From the IMG/VR virus record IMGVR_UViG_3300035703_000021, positions 74,863 to 138,862 of that record: 64,000 nt of DNA. One strand, 5' to 3'. Under the pieces are notes generated by a model. The model searched no databases. It saw only the letters and a program-made list of their open reading frames with translations, and was not told the origin of the DNA. The stretch's first letter is position 1; each line of letters opens with the position of its first letter. Origin of the DNA: a virus. The position numbers and the translations under genes were made by a program. Shown here in pieces: positions 29,771-39,700 of this stretch.

Positions 29771-30688
29771 TTAAACCAAGAGAGACGTCCTGAGAACCTT
29801 GATTTTCAAGGGAAATGAGATGGAAGAGTCTTTTTCAAAAGTCAGAACGACTTCCTGTGATACGTTATTTATAGTCAGATCAAGCTCTCCCAAGTACTGA
29901 CTCGCGGTGTCTAGCACTCCGTACTCAGTCAGAAAAGCACCGGTGCCGTCGTGAATAGCTAGAACCTCTCTTACTTGGTAAGTCTTAGGAGATGGTTTGT
30001 TCACCTCGATCTGAACGGTATACTTAGCGGAGCGGTAGCTCAACGGGAAGCTTTCGATAGCGACTGGGACGAAAGACGCTGCTGATATCTCGGTTGTTTT
30101 GATGGATATCTGGGATACCGACGCCGAATTACCATCAGTCTTAAATACGTAGGATCCGCTTAGCTCAACGCTTGTCGCAAAGTTGTTTCCGGCATTTATG
30201 AACAGTTTATTTCCACTCGCTGTGGATTGCCCGGCTAACGCTACTTTATTATTTATCTTTAGATTAATGCCTTCCGTGTGGATAAAATTGTCCCCATCAG
30301 CCCAGTCCCTAAACTGATCTAGACTTTGATCTTTGGAAGCGGAAGTTTGGGAGGATATCTCCAGCCACTCAGATGAATCACCGTCCCAGACTTTGAATGA
30401 GTAATTACTTTCGCCCAGCGAGGTGTCTATCCAGCACTCGCCGTCCGACAGTACTGAGTAGTACCCGGACTCGGAGGCATCATTGTTTGGTGGAAGAGGC
30501 CCGTAGTGTATCGGTCCTATCTTCCTGATTCTTCGCGTACCGTCGCTGGAGATGTCTTTGAAGTACAGTCCGGGATCGCCAGCGTTGTAGTTGAGGGCTA
30601 ATTCACCGTTGTCTATGTCAAGTAGCTCGGGACGCTTTGAAAGCTCCTGTGACCTGCGGAGGTAGATTCTGTCTCTAAGTTCTGCCAT
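29771..30688 (-). CDS. Fibre-like virion protein with GELALN N-terminal module
   Basis: IYLRRS..GELALNY..PGLYFKD; C-terminal YRSAKY.VQI..HDGT....EYG domain. Confidence 0.65.
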   Translation of the reverse strand: MAELRDRIYLRRSQELSKRPELLDIDNGELALNYNAGDPGLYFKDISSDGTRRIRKIGPIHYGPLPPNNDASESGYYSVLSDGECWIDTSLGESNYSFKVWDGDSSEWLEISSQTSASKDQSLDQFRDWADGDNFIHTEGINLKINNKVALAGQSTASGNKLFINAGNNFATSVELSGSYVFKTDGNSASVSQISIKTTEISAASFVPVAIESFPLSYRSAKYTVQIEVNKPSPKTYQVREVLAIHDGTGAFLTEYGVLDTASQYLGELDLTINNVSQEVVLTFEKDSSISFPLKIKVLRTSLLV

Positions 30689-30699
30689 GGTAGTGTTAG

Positions 30700-31539
30700 T
30701 TAGTAGACTAAAGCGTCGATTACGTAGTTCTCGTCATCTCCCTGGACGATATTGTCTATGACCTCAGTTATATAGTCCTCCATGTACTTCTTATTCACAG
30801 CGTCGAGTAGGTGAGTGGGATCAGCCACTCCACTGATACGTCTGAGATTGACGTCAAGAGCGGGCCTCCAGCTCTCGATATTCTGCCCAATCACCATGTG
30901 GCCGTAGAATTCCACCCGGCCCGAGGTCCTCACTCTACCAACCGAGTTGGACTGATTATCCACCCAGTGCTGGATAGTGGTGATGTCGGAGTCGGTGGAG
31001 GCGATGAGGGTGAGAGGCACGGCCTCGCTAGCGCCTGGTGAGATAGTATTATCAGCAGTGGTGATAGGTTGTTTGAGGATGAATCCGTCACCCACTTCCA
31101 CAGCCGCGATAAGAGTATCTACCTCGCCCTTGGTGTATGTCTGGGACCTATTATAGTAGTTTTGAGCAAGGTAGGAGAGGACACTGTCATATGAGTCCGA
31201 GACCTTCTCATTGACTTCAGATTCCGTGATAAACTGCACGAGGGATGTACCAATCTCCGATTCCAGATCCGCGAGCCTAGCATCCACCTCGGCTTTAGTA
31301 TACACCGAGGAGATATCAGCCTTGGTCCTGAGAAAGCGCTGGACCTCTGACTTGGTATAGAAATCCTGAAGGTTAGCTTCGCCTGTAGCCGAACGCGTCT
31401 TCGAGTAAACGTTGGGAGTTGATGAGAAGGACTGGGTCTGCGTGGGGTTAAGTGCCTCCTGGGATGTAGGAAGTACCCTACTAATACCATTATCACCGCA
31501 GGATGGGTTGCTTCCTCCTCCGCCGAATACTTTTGCCAT
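30700..31539 (-). CDS. Fibre/collar-like virion protein
   Basis: YTK(S/A/G)EV repeats x3; RISGVADPT...DAVNKKY; ends VIDALVY. Confidence 0.65.
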   Translation of the reverse strand: MAKVFGGGGSNPSCGDNGISRVLPTSQEALNPTQTQSFSSTPNVYSKTRSATGEANLQDFYTKSEVQRFLRTKADISSVYTKAEVDARLADLESEIGTSLVQFITESEVNEKVSDSYDSVLSYLAQNYYNRSQTYTKGEVDTLIAAVEVGDGFILKQPITTADNTISPGASEAVPLTLIASTDSDITTIQHWVDNQSNSVGRVRTSGRVEFYGHMVIGQNIESWRPALDVNLRRISGVADPTHLLDAVNKKYMEDYITEVIDNIVQGDDENYVIDALVY

Positions 31540-31543
31540 CTAC

Positions 31544-32614
31544 TTAATCCTCCTCCTGTGGTTGGTTAAGAGCGTTTATTTCCGCCTGTGTAAGAACTCT
31601 CGGAGGCGGTACTATTTCCACCTTCTCGTCAAGAGTACGCGTTCTAGGTGCCAGGCGATAAGGCACTGGAACCTCAACAAAGTGGCCCTTAGATCCGATC
31701 TCCACCACGTCGTAGCCAAGCGCGGGCTCCTTCTTCCTTTGGTACTCGAGACACCTGTTTCGGCCCGTGGGCACGCAGTAGATCTTCTGCCAGAGCGGAC
31801 TACGTGGGTTAAATACTGCCTGAGCAGTAAGAGCTTCCTCGGTGGCGGGGATATCCTGCCTAGCGATATAAACGCAGATCGTGTCCTCACATTCTCCACC
31901 TACCAGGACGATATCACCCGCTCTGTAAAAGAAGTCTCTACGAACTCTGGCGCCATCCCACTCGTCCGAAGATCTACCATCCAAGCAGTTCTGCAGATCG
32001 CTTAAGGTCAGGCCCTGCTGCACGCAGGACTGAAGGCTCTGAGTCTTGAGCGCCTCGTCCCAACTCCTGTTGTATTTACCCCACTCGGTGTCAAAAAGCT
32101 TCAGCTCGTAAAAATCGTAACGTTCCAGCAGTTCCTTGACGGAAGGCAAACCGGCCGGCACCGTTGTCTCCACCTGGCAGATCCTATCCCACTTAGAGTA
32201 GTCAAATGCTCCCGTAATGGCGAGGATATTTTGCTTGGCTTTGTACAATCCCACTCTGTACCCGTCGTCCTCGATAAGTAGAACCAACGAGTTCTGCTGG
32301 TAGGCAACTATGGACCTGTACTGAGCTATGTCCCACTTATTATTCGAGTTGGATAGCAGAAGATTAGGCGTTAAGTTGCTAATCTGCCAGGGAAATTCTA
32401 TATCTCCCCACGATTTGTATAGTCCTTTTTGCGGATTGTAGATGCTATACATGTCAAAGAGCTGCTCGATGCTCATTCCGCAAGTGTTAACACTCGCCCT
32501 GGAGCAGCTCTTATCAACCACCTCAGCTATCCCACCAGCCTCCTCGATGGCGTCTTTCTGATCGTCAGAGGGTTGCTCAAAGCACCCTCTAAAGTAGAGG
32601 TTGGAGAGCGTCAT
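31544..32614 (-). CDS. Hypothetical (probable virion) protein, Cys-rich
   Basis: Long ORF; two 'Y.A.Q.I.A...F....W..IC' repeats. Confidence 0.55.
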   Translation of the reverse strand: MTLSNLYFRGCFEQPSDDQKDAIEEAGGIAEVVDKSCSRASVNTCGMSIEQLFDMYSIYNPQKGLYKSWGDIEFPWQISNLTPNLLLSNSNNKWDIAQYRSIVAYQQNSLVLLIEDDGYRVGLYKAKQNILAITGAFDYSKWDRICQVETTVPAGLPSVKELLERYDFYELKLFDTEWGKYNRSWDEALKTQSLQSCVQQGLTLSDLQNCLDGRSSDEWDGARVRRDFFYRAGDIVLVGGECEDTICVYIARQDIPATEEALTAQAVFNPRSPLWQKIYCVPTGRNRCLEYQRKKEPALGYDVVEIGSKGHFVEVPVPYRLAPRTRTLDEKVEIVPPPRVLTQAEINALNQPQEED

Positions 32615-32637
32615 ACTTCAACCTCACTGCGCTAGGA

Positions 32638-33066
32638 TCAGTTGTATGTGAAAGTATCCATCACGAACGTTAGTTCGAGAGTGGAGACGTTGGATGAGGT
32701 GCGATCGGCGGTTCCGAAGTTCAGACTTGTCATCTGCGCGTCGGGGATTGTGATGGTGCGCTGGCCGACAGGCTGAGGATCCTCTCCGCAGGAGACGGGA
32801 GTGATGGTCAGGGTGACAAACTCGCAGCCGTAGGATTTCCAGAAGTCGACGATGTCAGCGTGCTTTTCAGGGTCGAAGGGCACGGTCATTGTTACCTCGG
32901 AGAGGGTGCGAGGGCCGCGAAGGTTGAAGATACGTCCGCGTACACCATCGGCGTACTGGGATGTACCAGCGGTGTCGCGGATTCCGCTGAAGTTGGTGAA
33001 GTAGTGCTGGAAAGGGGACGCTTGGATCCAGAACTGTGACTGCGTTACCGGCTTGTAAGAGAGCAT
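32638..33066 (-). CDS. Tail tube protein (probable)
   Basis: 142 aa; F.NFSGI...GPRTLSEVTM...IVDFW...DRTSSNVSTLELTF pattern of myovirus tube proteins. Confidence 0.65.
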   Translation of the reverse strand: MLSYKPVTQSQFWIQASPFQHYFTNFSGIRDTAGTSQYADGVRGRIFNLRGPRTLSEVTMTVPFDPEKHADIVDFWKSYGCEFVTLTITPVSCGEDPQPVGQRTITIPDAQMTSLNFGTADRTSSNVSTLELTFVMDTFTYN

Positions 33067-33123
33067 GGCAGGATAGCTATACTGATATCTAACCAGTATT
33101 TAAACTAAGCCCACCTGGCCAAA

Positions 33124-35070
33124 TTACATGAAGTACGGAGCGAACCACTTCCAGTACCCAACCTTCCTGCAGTCGATGACCACGCACTCCTTGTGCACCA
33201 CGGAGCGATTGAGCCTGTAGATGCGCTCGTAGAGATCAAGAAGCCTGGATGTGTCGCACGCCTTGAGGTCATCGACGCGGATCATATTCTCGAAGGTGTG
33301 AAGCTCTCCGTCCAGGTCGCTGAGACTCATTGACTGCTCCGGATTGAGATGCACCACCTTCTTAACTTCCTCGATGAGACGGCGGGAGCCGTGGGAGATA
33401 TCGCCTGGGGAGGTGTACTCGTTGACGTGGATGCGAGACGCTGAGGCTTCGGAGTCGCCGTTGTCGGAGACGATACGCTGGAACCCGACGTCGTCGAGTG
33501 TGCCATCGAACTTGGACGCGATGATCTTCGCGATCTTATCCTTCCGGGTCTTGTCGGACTCGTCACCGACCTCGTCGTAGTCGCTCTCGGCGAAGTCGAA
33601 CAAGCTGAGAAGGTCGCTCTGGTCGGCTCCGAAGGCTCCCTGGGCACCGTCAGCGGCCTTGTCCGGGCCGCTCAGGTCCTTGGGTTCGGCCATAGGAGCC
33701 GCGCCTCCGGGCGCTCCAGGGGCTCCTGGGGCTCCTCCCATCATGGCGTTCATGTCCACCTTGCCAAGAGAAGGAATCTCGAGCTTGTCCCTCACCCAGT
33801 CAAGGTCCTTGACCTCGTAGCCGATGGCCTGGAGCTGGGTAAGCATCTGCACAATCTTCACGGGATCGTCGCGTTGCTCTAGATCATCAAAGTTTCTACG
33901 AAGTCGAGGAATAGCTGAGCCCGGATAGTTAAGCTCAACAATCCAGCGTACAAGAGTAGCGTTAATCGTCTCGTCAAGTTCCTCCGAGAACGCTTTAGCT
34001 TTACGCATGCGAACCGAATCGGAGATCTGGTCGCGAGCGTAGGATCCGACGTTTCCCGTCTCCTGGCCGACGGTATTTTCTCCGTTGAGGACGAAGCTGA
34101 TCTGCTGGTCAACATACTCGATGAGTTTCTCGTAGACTTCGGAGCGGCCTTGGCTCTCCAGCCAACTGATATCCATCTCGTCGGGGATAACGATGGCGGT
34201 CTCCTGACCCAGGCGCTGAAGCGCTGTGAAGAGCGACTGAACCTCCTCGTCGGGGGTACCGAGCGAGAACTTACCCACCGCGGTGGGGGTCGTGTGCTTG
34301 TCGGCGTACTGGAGCCAGAAGGACATCAGCGTCCGTCTGAACTCCACAAGACTGTAGAGCTGGCGCCCCAGACCCGTACCGTAGGGATCCATGAAATTGC
34401 TGTAGGCCCAGTGTCTGTGGATGACCATCGAGCGCAGGGGGAGTGGAATGCCCTCGATGGGGGAGTCCACTGTCATCAGTCTCGGAGAGATGGTCCCGTC
34501 CTCGTTCAGGACGAACTGGAATCTGCGCGGGTCACGGATCTTGATCTCCGATGGCACGATGTAGTTCCCCTGGCGCATCCAGCAGATCTCGCCGATCGCT
34601 ATGCCAAGGATAATAGCCTCGCACATTCCGCGGATGAACGTATCGAACGCGGAGTTAGACGTGACGAGCATCTCCTTGCCGTAGGCCTGGCGAGTATTCG
34701 TGCCCATGCGCTTCAGCACCTGGCGGACAAACTCCGCCACCTCCTCGTCTTTGTCGGAGGGGCTTGCCGGATCCACTTCCCACTTGCGCTGTACGATCTC
34801 CCCCGTAATCTTCTCCCACGCTGAAATGATGTGACTGTCATTGAACAGCCGCATGTACTTCTCGATGGCTCTGGGGCCTCCGCCACCCTCCTCGATGAGG
34901 ATATCGTCGCGGCGAGGGAGAATCGTGCCGGAGTTGAGGTAGGGAGTTGCCGTGAAAGCGTATGGGTCAGCTTTGTAGCCGGCCAGGCTACCCTGGGACA
35001 CTCCTAGGCTGAAGTACCTATCGAAGTAGCCTACTTTTACTTGTTTTGCTACAGCGCGGTCCTCGGCCAT
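33124..35070 (-). CDS. Portal protein, DUF935 / Mu gp29-like, with acidic C-terminal extension
   Basis: DSHIISAWEK...W.V.PAS, EICW, RDPRRF, PYGTGL, W..YADKH..P..VGKF, YVDQQIS..LNG, GSYA, ATLVRWIVELN. Confidence 0.8.
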   Translation of the reverse strand: MAEDRAVAKQVKVGYFDRYFSLGVSQGSLAGYKADPYAFTATPYLNSGTILPRRDDILIEEGGGGPRAIEKYMRLFNDSHIISAWEKITGEIVQRKWEVDPASPSDKDEEVAEFVRQVLKRMGTNTRQAYGKEMLVTSNSAFDTFIRGMCEAIILGIAIGEICWMRQGNYIVPSEIKIRDPRRFQFVLNEDGTISPRLMTVDSPIEGIPLPLRSMVIHRHWAYSNFMDPYGTGLGRQLYSLVEFRRTLMSFWLQYADKHTTPTAVGKFSLGTPDEEVQSLFTALQRLGQETAIVIPDEMDISWLESQGRSEVYEKLIEYVDQQISFVLNGENTVGQETGNVGSYARDQISDSVRMRKAKAFSEELDETINATLVRWIVELNYPGSAIPRLRRNFDDLEQRDDPVKIVQMLTQLQAIGYEVKDLDWVRDKLEIPSLGKVDMNAMMGGAPGAPGAPGGAAPMAEPKDLSGPDKAADGAQGAFGADQSDLLSLFDFAESDYDEVGDESDKTRKDKIAKIIASKFDGTLDDVGFQRIVSDNGDSEASASRIHVNEYTSPGDISHGSRRLIEEVKKVVHLNPEQSMSLSDLDGELHTFENMIRVDDLKACDTSRLLDLYERIYRLNRSVVHKECVVIDCRKVGYWKWFAPYFM

Positions 35071-35075
35071 GCGTT

Positions 35076-35279
35076 TTACTCTTCGGAGCTGTTGATGTCT
35101 TTTGATTCTTTAAACTCGAAAGAGTTAGACCGATCGACGTAAACGACATCCGCGTCCAGTATCAGATCGTACAGTTCCTGGGCGCTGATCTCACCCTTAT
35201 TGTATCTTTCGATGGCCTCGTCAGCCCCATCGACGATCACCGGCTGGGAGTTGGTGACTATATTCACTCCTCTTTCCAT
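35076..35279 (-). CDS. Hypothetical protein (67 aa)
   Basis: ATG 35279 with GGAGG RBS; the upstream extension in the ORF track overlaps the next gene. Confidence 0.55.
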   Translation of the reverse strand: MERGVNIVTNSQPVIVDGADEAIERYNKGEISAQELYDLILDADVVYVDRSNSFEFKESKDINSSEE

Positions 35280-36232
35280 TTCTTCTGATCCTCCTTCGAG
35301 GACTGCAAAATCACTTCCAGTTGTGCTTTCCATTTTGGTTCGTAAGATGAGAGGTAGATATGCCACTTCTTGGGCCACTCCTTCTCTGAGAACTTGTGCT
35401 CGAGTTCGGAGGGACATGTGGTCGTGAAGGCTTTGCGCAACGCCCCGATTCCCGCGGCGACAAAATTGTATCTGTTTTTAACGTAGTAGCGCTCCAGAGT
35501 GTCGAGAGGAACGTGGGGGAAGTTCTTCTCGAACTCGGAGAAGAGCGGAGAGTTCTTCACATCTACTTTGGACTCCTCCTCTGCTTTGTGAGACACGTAG
35601 AGGTAAGCCTCGTCGAGAATATCGGCGATGAGACTCGAGTTGAACGGGCACTGCTCGTAGTCATTGATCTCCTTCCAGAACACCTTCAGAGACTCGTACG
35701 CGGCGGTGATGCTGTGCTTCGAGAACTTGGAGAACCGATCCTTCAGGTCCTTCTTGAGTGTCTCTACGAGGTGGATGTCACTAGCCTCAGGCCATTTAGC
35801 GACTCGGTGGCCGCATCCACTCGCCCACAGAAACGCGAGAAGCAAGGTCTTTATGCGCCCCTCCTTGAGGTCCTTGACAGGGACGACGTTGTTGTCCTGA
35901 ATGTGAGCGTACCACTGCTCGAAGAGCTTAGTGGAGCGTTCGTTGGCTCCTTCCCAGACCTTTGTTTTGGATACCAAGCCGATGTGCTTATCACCGCAGG
36001 CCCCGTAGGAGCTTAGCTCGTTGAACTTGCGGTCGTCGTCGGTTACGCCATCCTGCGCAGCTTCGACGAGTTTCGCAGATCCCCCACCCCGTCTCGAAGC
36101 TATTCTCAGCTCCTCAAGCTTGAGCTCGTGGGAGAATGTGGCCTCCAGTTTCCACCGGTCGTGCTGGAGCAGCCGCTCCAGCAGCGACTCACTTAGTTGC
36201 GGGGCTAGAGCTATCAGCTGGTCCAGTTCCAA
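35264..36232 (-). CDS. Hypothetical protein (322 aa)
   Basis: Long ORF with genome-typical codon use; start uncertain (TTG). Confidence 0.6.
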   Translation of the reverse strand: MELDQLIALAPQLSESLLERLLQHDRWKLEATFSHELKLEELRIASRRGGGSAKLVEAAQDGVTDDDRKFNELSSYGACGDKHIGLVSKTKVWEGANERSTKLFEQWYAHIQDNNVVPVKDLKEGRIKTLLLAFLWASGCGHRVAKWPEASDIHLVETLKKDLKDRFSKFSKHSITAAYESLKVFWKEINDYEQCPFNSSLIADILDEAYLYVSHKAEEESKVDVKNSPLFSEFEKNFPHVPLDTLERYYVKNRYNFVAAGIGALRKAFTTTCPSELEHKFSEKEWPKKWHIYLSSYEPKWKAQLEVILQSSKEDQKKWKEE

Positions 36233-36659
36233 GGCGACGAAGGCTTACATCTATAGTACTAATTATATCCTTATAAGTCCAGGTGTCAATGATTTTGTTA
36301 AAAATCTTGGGACTTACCCGGCCGATATCCATGCCGTCCCGGAGGATGTAGTTGAGTCTCTCCCACGGCGACTGGCCGGGCTCCTCATAGATAAATATCG
36401 TGGGCCCTTCGGCGCCTTCCATTCCCTCCACGACCGCGCAGGCCTTAAAGAACTCGGACAGGGACTGAGTATCGTACCCGCAGAAGATCACGAAGTCGGT
36501 GGATTTTACGGAGGCCTCCGTAACGCTCTGCCTCACTTTCAGATCCACTCCGTCCTTTTCCGTCAGCACCTGCTCCAGGTGCACTGCCATCTTATTGAGA
36601 TCGGAGGAGTTATCCACGGCTTTACTCTTAAGCAGAATCACCGAGATTTTAGATTGCAT
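36189..36659 (-). CDS. Hypothetical protein, possibly a degenerate LOG/SLOG-like fold
   Basis: DFVIFCGYDTQSLSEFF...PTIFIY...W..L..IL..G...G.VS spacing mirrors the LOG C-terminal half, but the PGGxGTxxE motif is absent. Confidence 0.4.
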   Translation of the reverse strand: MQSKISVILLKSKAVDNSSDLNKMAVHLEQVLTEKDGVDLKVRQSVTEASVKSTDFVIFCGYDTQSLSEFFKACAVVEGMEGAEGPTIFIYEEPGQSPWERLNYILRDGMDIGRVSPKIFNKIIDTWTYKDIISTIDVSLRRLGTGPADSSSPATK

Positions 36660-36724
36660 AACCTACCTTACGTTCCAATAGCTTTAAACTTAAAGTTTAA
36701 GGTTTATCTAGATACGTCGCGTCC

Positions 36725-39700
36725 ATGACTCCGCAGTTTTTTGAAGAGATTCGTATCAATTTGCAGAGACTCGTTCTGAGAAGCGTGTCCCTCTACGAGG
36801 AGAAATTCGGCAAATTCAAGATCGATGCCTCCAAGCAAAGCTTCCTAAACAGTGGAATTGAGATCCTCAGCCTCGTTCTCGATAGGGTCGAGAGAGATGA
36901 GGAGGTCTCCGTGCTTCCCTTTAAGCAGATCCTGCTGGAGATTCTTTTTGAGCTGGAGTTCGATACGGACGTTATAAAGAACCTACTGCCCTATCTCAAG
37001 TCAGGTCTTGAGGAGTCTATAAGGTCAAAGCCAAATTACGACGCCAACCTCACGCGTATCATAGACAGCTACTTCATCCTGTTCTCGGAGAACATCAGTA
37101 GCTACTCGTTCTACGCGTCCAGTTCAGCGCTCGATATCCTTCAGGAGCAGCCGGAGTACCAGTACTCCGAAAAGCTTTACGCTCTTGTGCCTCTGGAGAT
37201 CGACGAGAGTGCCGGCAGAGTATACACTCTCTTCCCGAGAAGCAGGTACTGGGAGGAGTATCAGTTGCTTAGCGAGGAATCCTCCTACTCCCCTCTCAGC
37301 TACAATAGAACGGCTTCCAAGCTCGGACTGGCTAAATACGCCATTCCTATCACCTACCAGAGTCTTGTCGTGTACGACGGGGACCTGTACAAACTGAGTC
37401 CTGACGTTGCTGCTCCCACCCGTGTATATTTTGATCAGACCCAGTGGACAAAATACTCACCTAAAAAATTCGATTCCTCAAAATCATTCAGAACTGTCTA
37501 CGAATCGAAGATCCGCTCCGCCTTCTCCAAAGTAACCGAGGAGGGATTCGATGTCAATTCGATCGTATCCGATTCGAACGTATCAAGATACTCCAGAGAC
37601 GTAGCGGTGGATGAGTCACTGCTCCCATCAACCTTCGGCGGAATAGGAAAGCAGATCCTAGACTCTATCAAAAACCTTAGGAAGATCTCCGAGGCTTTCG
37701 GAGGGTACCAGGGTTCTCCCGTCGGCGGTGTGGAGTACATCACAAATTTCTCCGAGTCGCTTCTAGCTGCCACGTTAGGACGGTACCTTCCTGAGGCTTA
37801 CGATACCTACGAGGGGAAATCGACTTTTGGCCGATTCGACATACTCTTCAAGTCCTCGATCACAACGAATAGGATCCCAGGATTGAAGTTTCTTGACAAA
37901 TTCGGAAGCCTTAAATCATTTGTCCAGGGCCAAAAACTACCCACCGGGACCACGATCGCGCGCGAAAAGGTCGTTTACAACCCGGTCTACTCGCAGTTTT
38001 TCAACGGGATACAGGACAGGTACAACGTTCTACTCGCTACGACAACCTACGCGGAGAAGGCAAGAGTCGATCTTCTTCTGTTCGCGATAGAGAGCCTTTA
38101 CAGAAGGTCGCTAATTGTCGGTGATACAGTAGCTGCTATATCCAATACACTTGACTCCACGGGCAAGGTGCCAGGCTACGAGGGGCTTGGATCAGTAAAA
38201 ACGCAGATAGACGAGCTCCAGAGAGTCTTTCCGCCCACGATGTACGTGCTTGATCAGGGTGGCATCGCGGGATTCACAGGCGCTATTAAGTACCTTCTCA
38301 ACAGCTACTCTAGGTTCTCAAAGGCGGTGATAGATCCGTTGCTTCCGGGTCAGTCTCTGGAGTTTTTTGGTCCTTGGGTGGAGAGAATCGCCAACAAACT
38401 CGAGGAGGTTAATCTACTCCTGAAGAATCTTGGGATAACAACCTCGGCGTTCATCCCGAACCTCTCATTCGAGTCATTCGAGGCAAACAATCAAAGAACG
38501 ATCTCCTATCTGAGTTCGCTTGGCTTCAGGGACTACGAGATAAATAAGCTTCTAGAAGCTGAGGATTTCGCCCAGCTGGTCTCCAATTTCGCGCCGCTTT
38601 CAGACTCTAACGATCTGAAGTCCTTTTTCAAAGCCTATGAGCTGAGCCAGCTAATATACGAGTTTGGCGGACAGAGCGGCGTTGACGCCTACCTATCCTT
38701 CCTGTACTCTCAGAACTCACTTAGCTCCCTGCTCAACATCCTGAATCTGTCGCAAAAAGACAAGTCTAAAGCAACGTACGTTAACATAGACAAGTACCCA
38801 ACGCTAATCGGCCTTCTCATCGGGCTCACGTACGCGGTAGACGCTTCGCAGCTCGTGAAGTTCACGGAGATTCTGGGGGAGAATAATCTGACCCTTTTGC
38901 AATCTATCTCCTACCTCTATCAGAACGGACAGAGCACAATCATCAAGAACAGGGAGGACGTGGACTTCCTAGAGCCACTTGTTGAGCAAATGATCACTGG
39001 GGTATACAAAGATGATCCGTTCTCGTCTCCGACGCTAAACTACGATCAAGTTAACTCTCTGGCACCTATCGCCCTTAAGCAGTGGACGGAGATCATAGGA
39101 GATAACCTGGGCCGTATGGATTCCAAGAGTCTCGTAAAAAATCTGTACGATAGGGCGCAGGGACTGACTCCGAAAGAGCTTGTCGCGATCCTGAACATGC
39201 CGGACTCGCCCAATAACTTCGGGGCTCTTGTGGATGGGTTTAGTGGCGGATCATTTACCAGCTTCTTGAGATACGCCAGTCTATCCGGAATCGCGCTTAA
39301 GCTCGGATTCTACAAGAACTCGTACCAGACGGACAACTTTAAGATCGCAGATGGTCAGGAGTTTTACGCTATACCGAAATTAGTCGAAGCGATAGATGGC
39401 CTTATCGACTCAATATCGATTATCAGAACCATATTCAGCTCAAAATTGAACTACACCGTAACCACGGACAAGGATTTTGCCGATAGCCTCCAGCCTCTGA
39501 TCTACTCCCAGAACAAAGAGTTCGAAGCCATTCCCCAGCTCATCTCGCTGAGAGCCCAGGGTGGTAGTCTGCCAGGACAGACTTCTCTCGCCTCCTCGTC
39601 GGTCATCGCTGAGAGCCCAGGCATCGGAAACTCGAGAGTGCCAAACAGAGTCCCAGTGGCCAACTCGGTCACTCCTGAGCAGGCCAGAGTGATCTTTGAG

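Noticed and set aside
33700-33740. Short GAP tripeptide repeat in the portal gene
   Set aside because: Low-complexity linker, not a separate element
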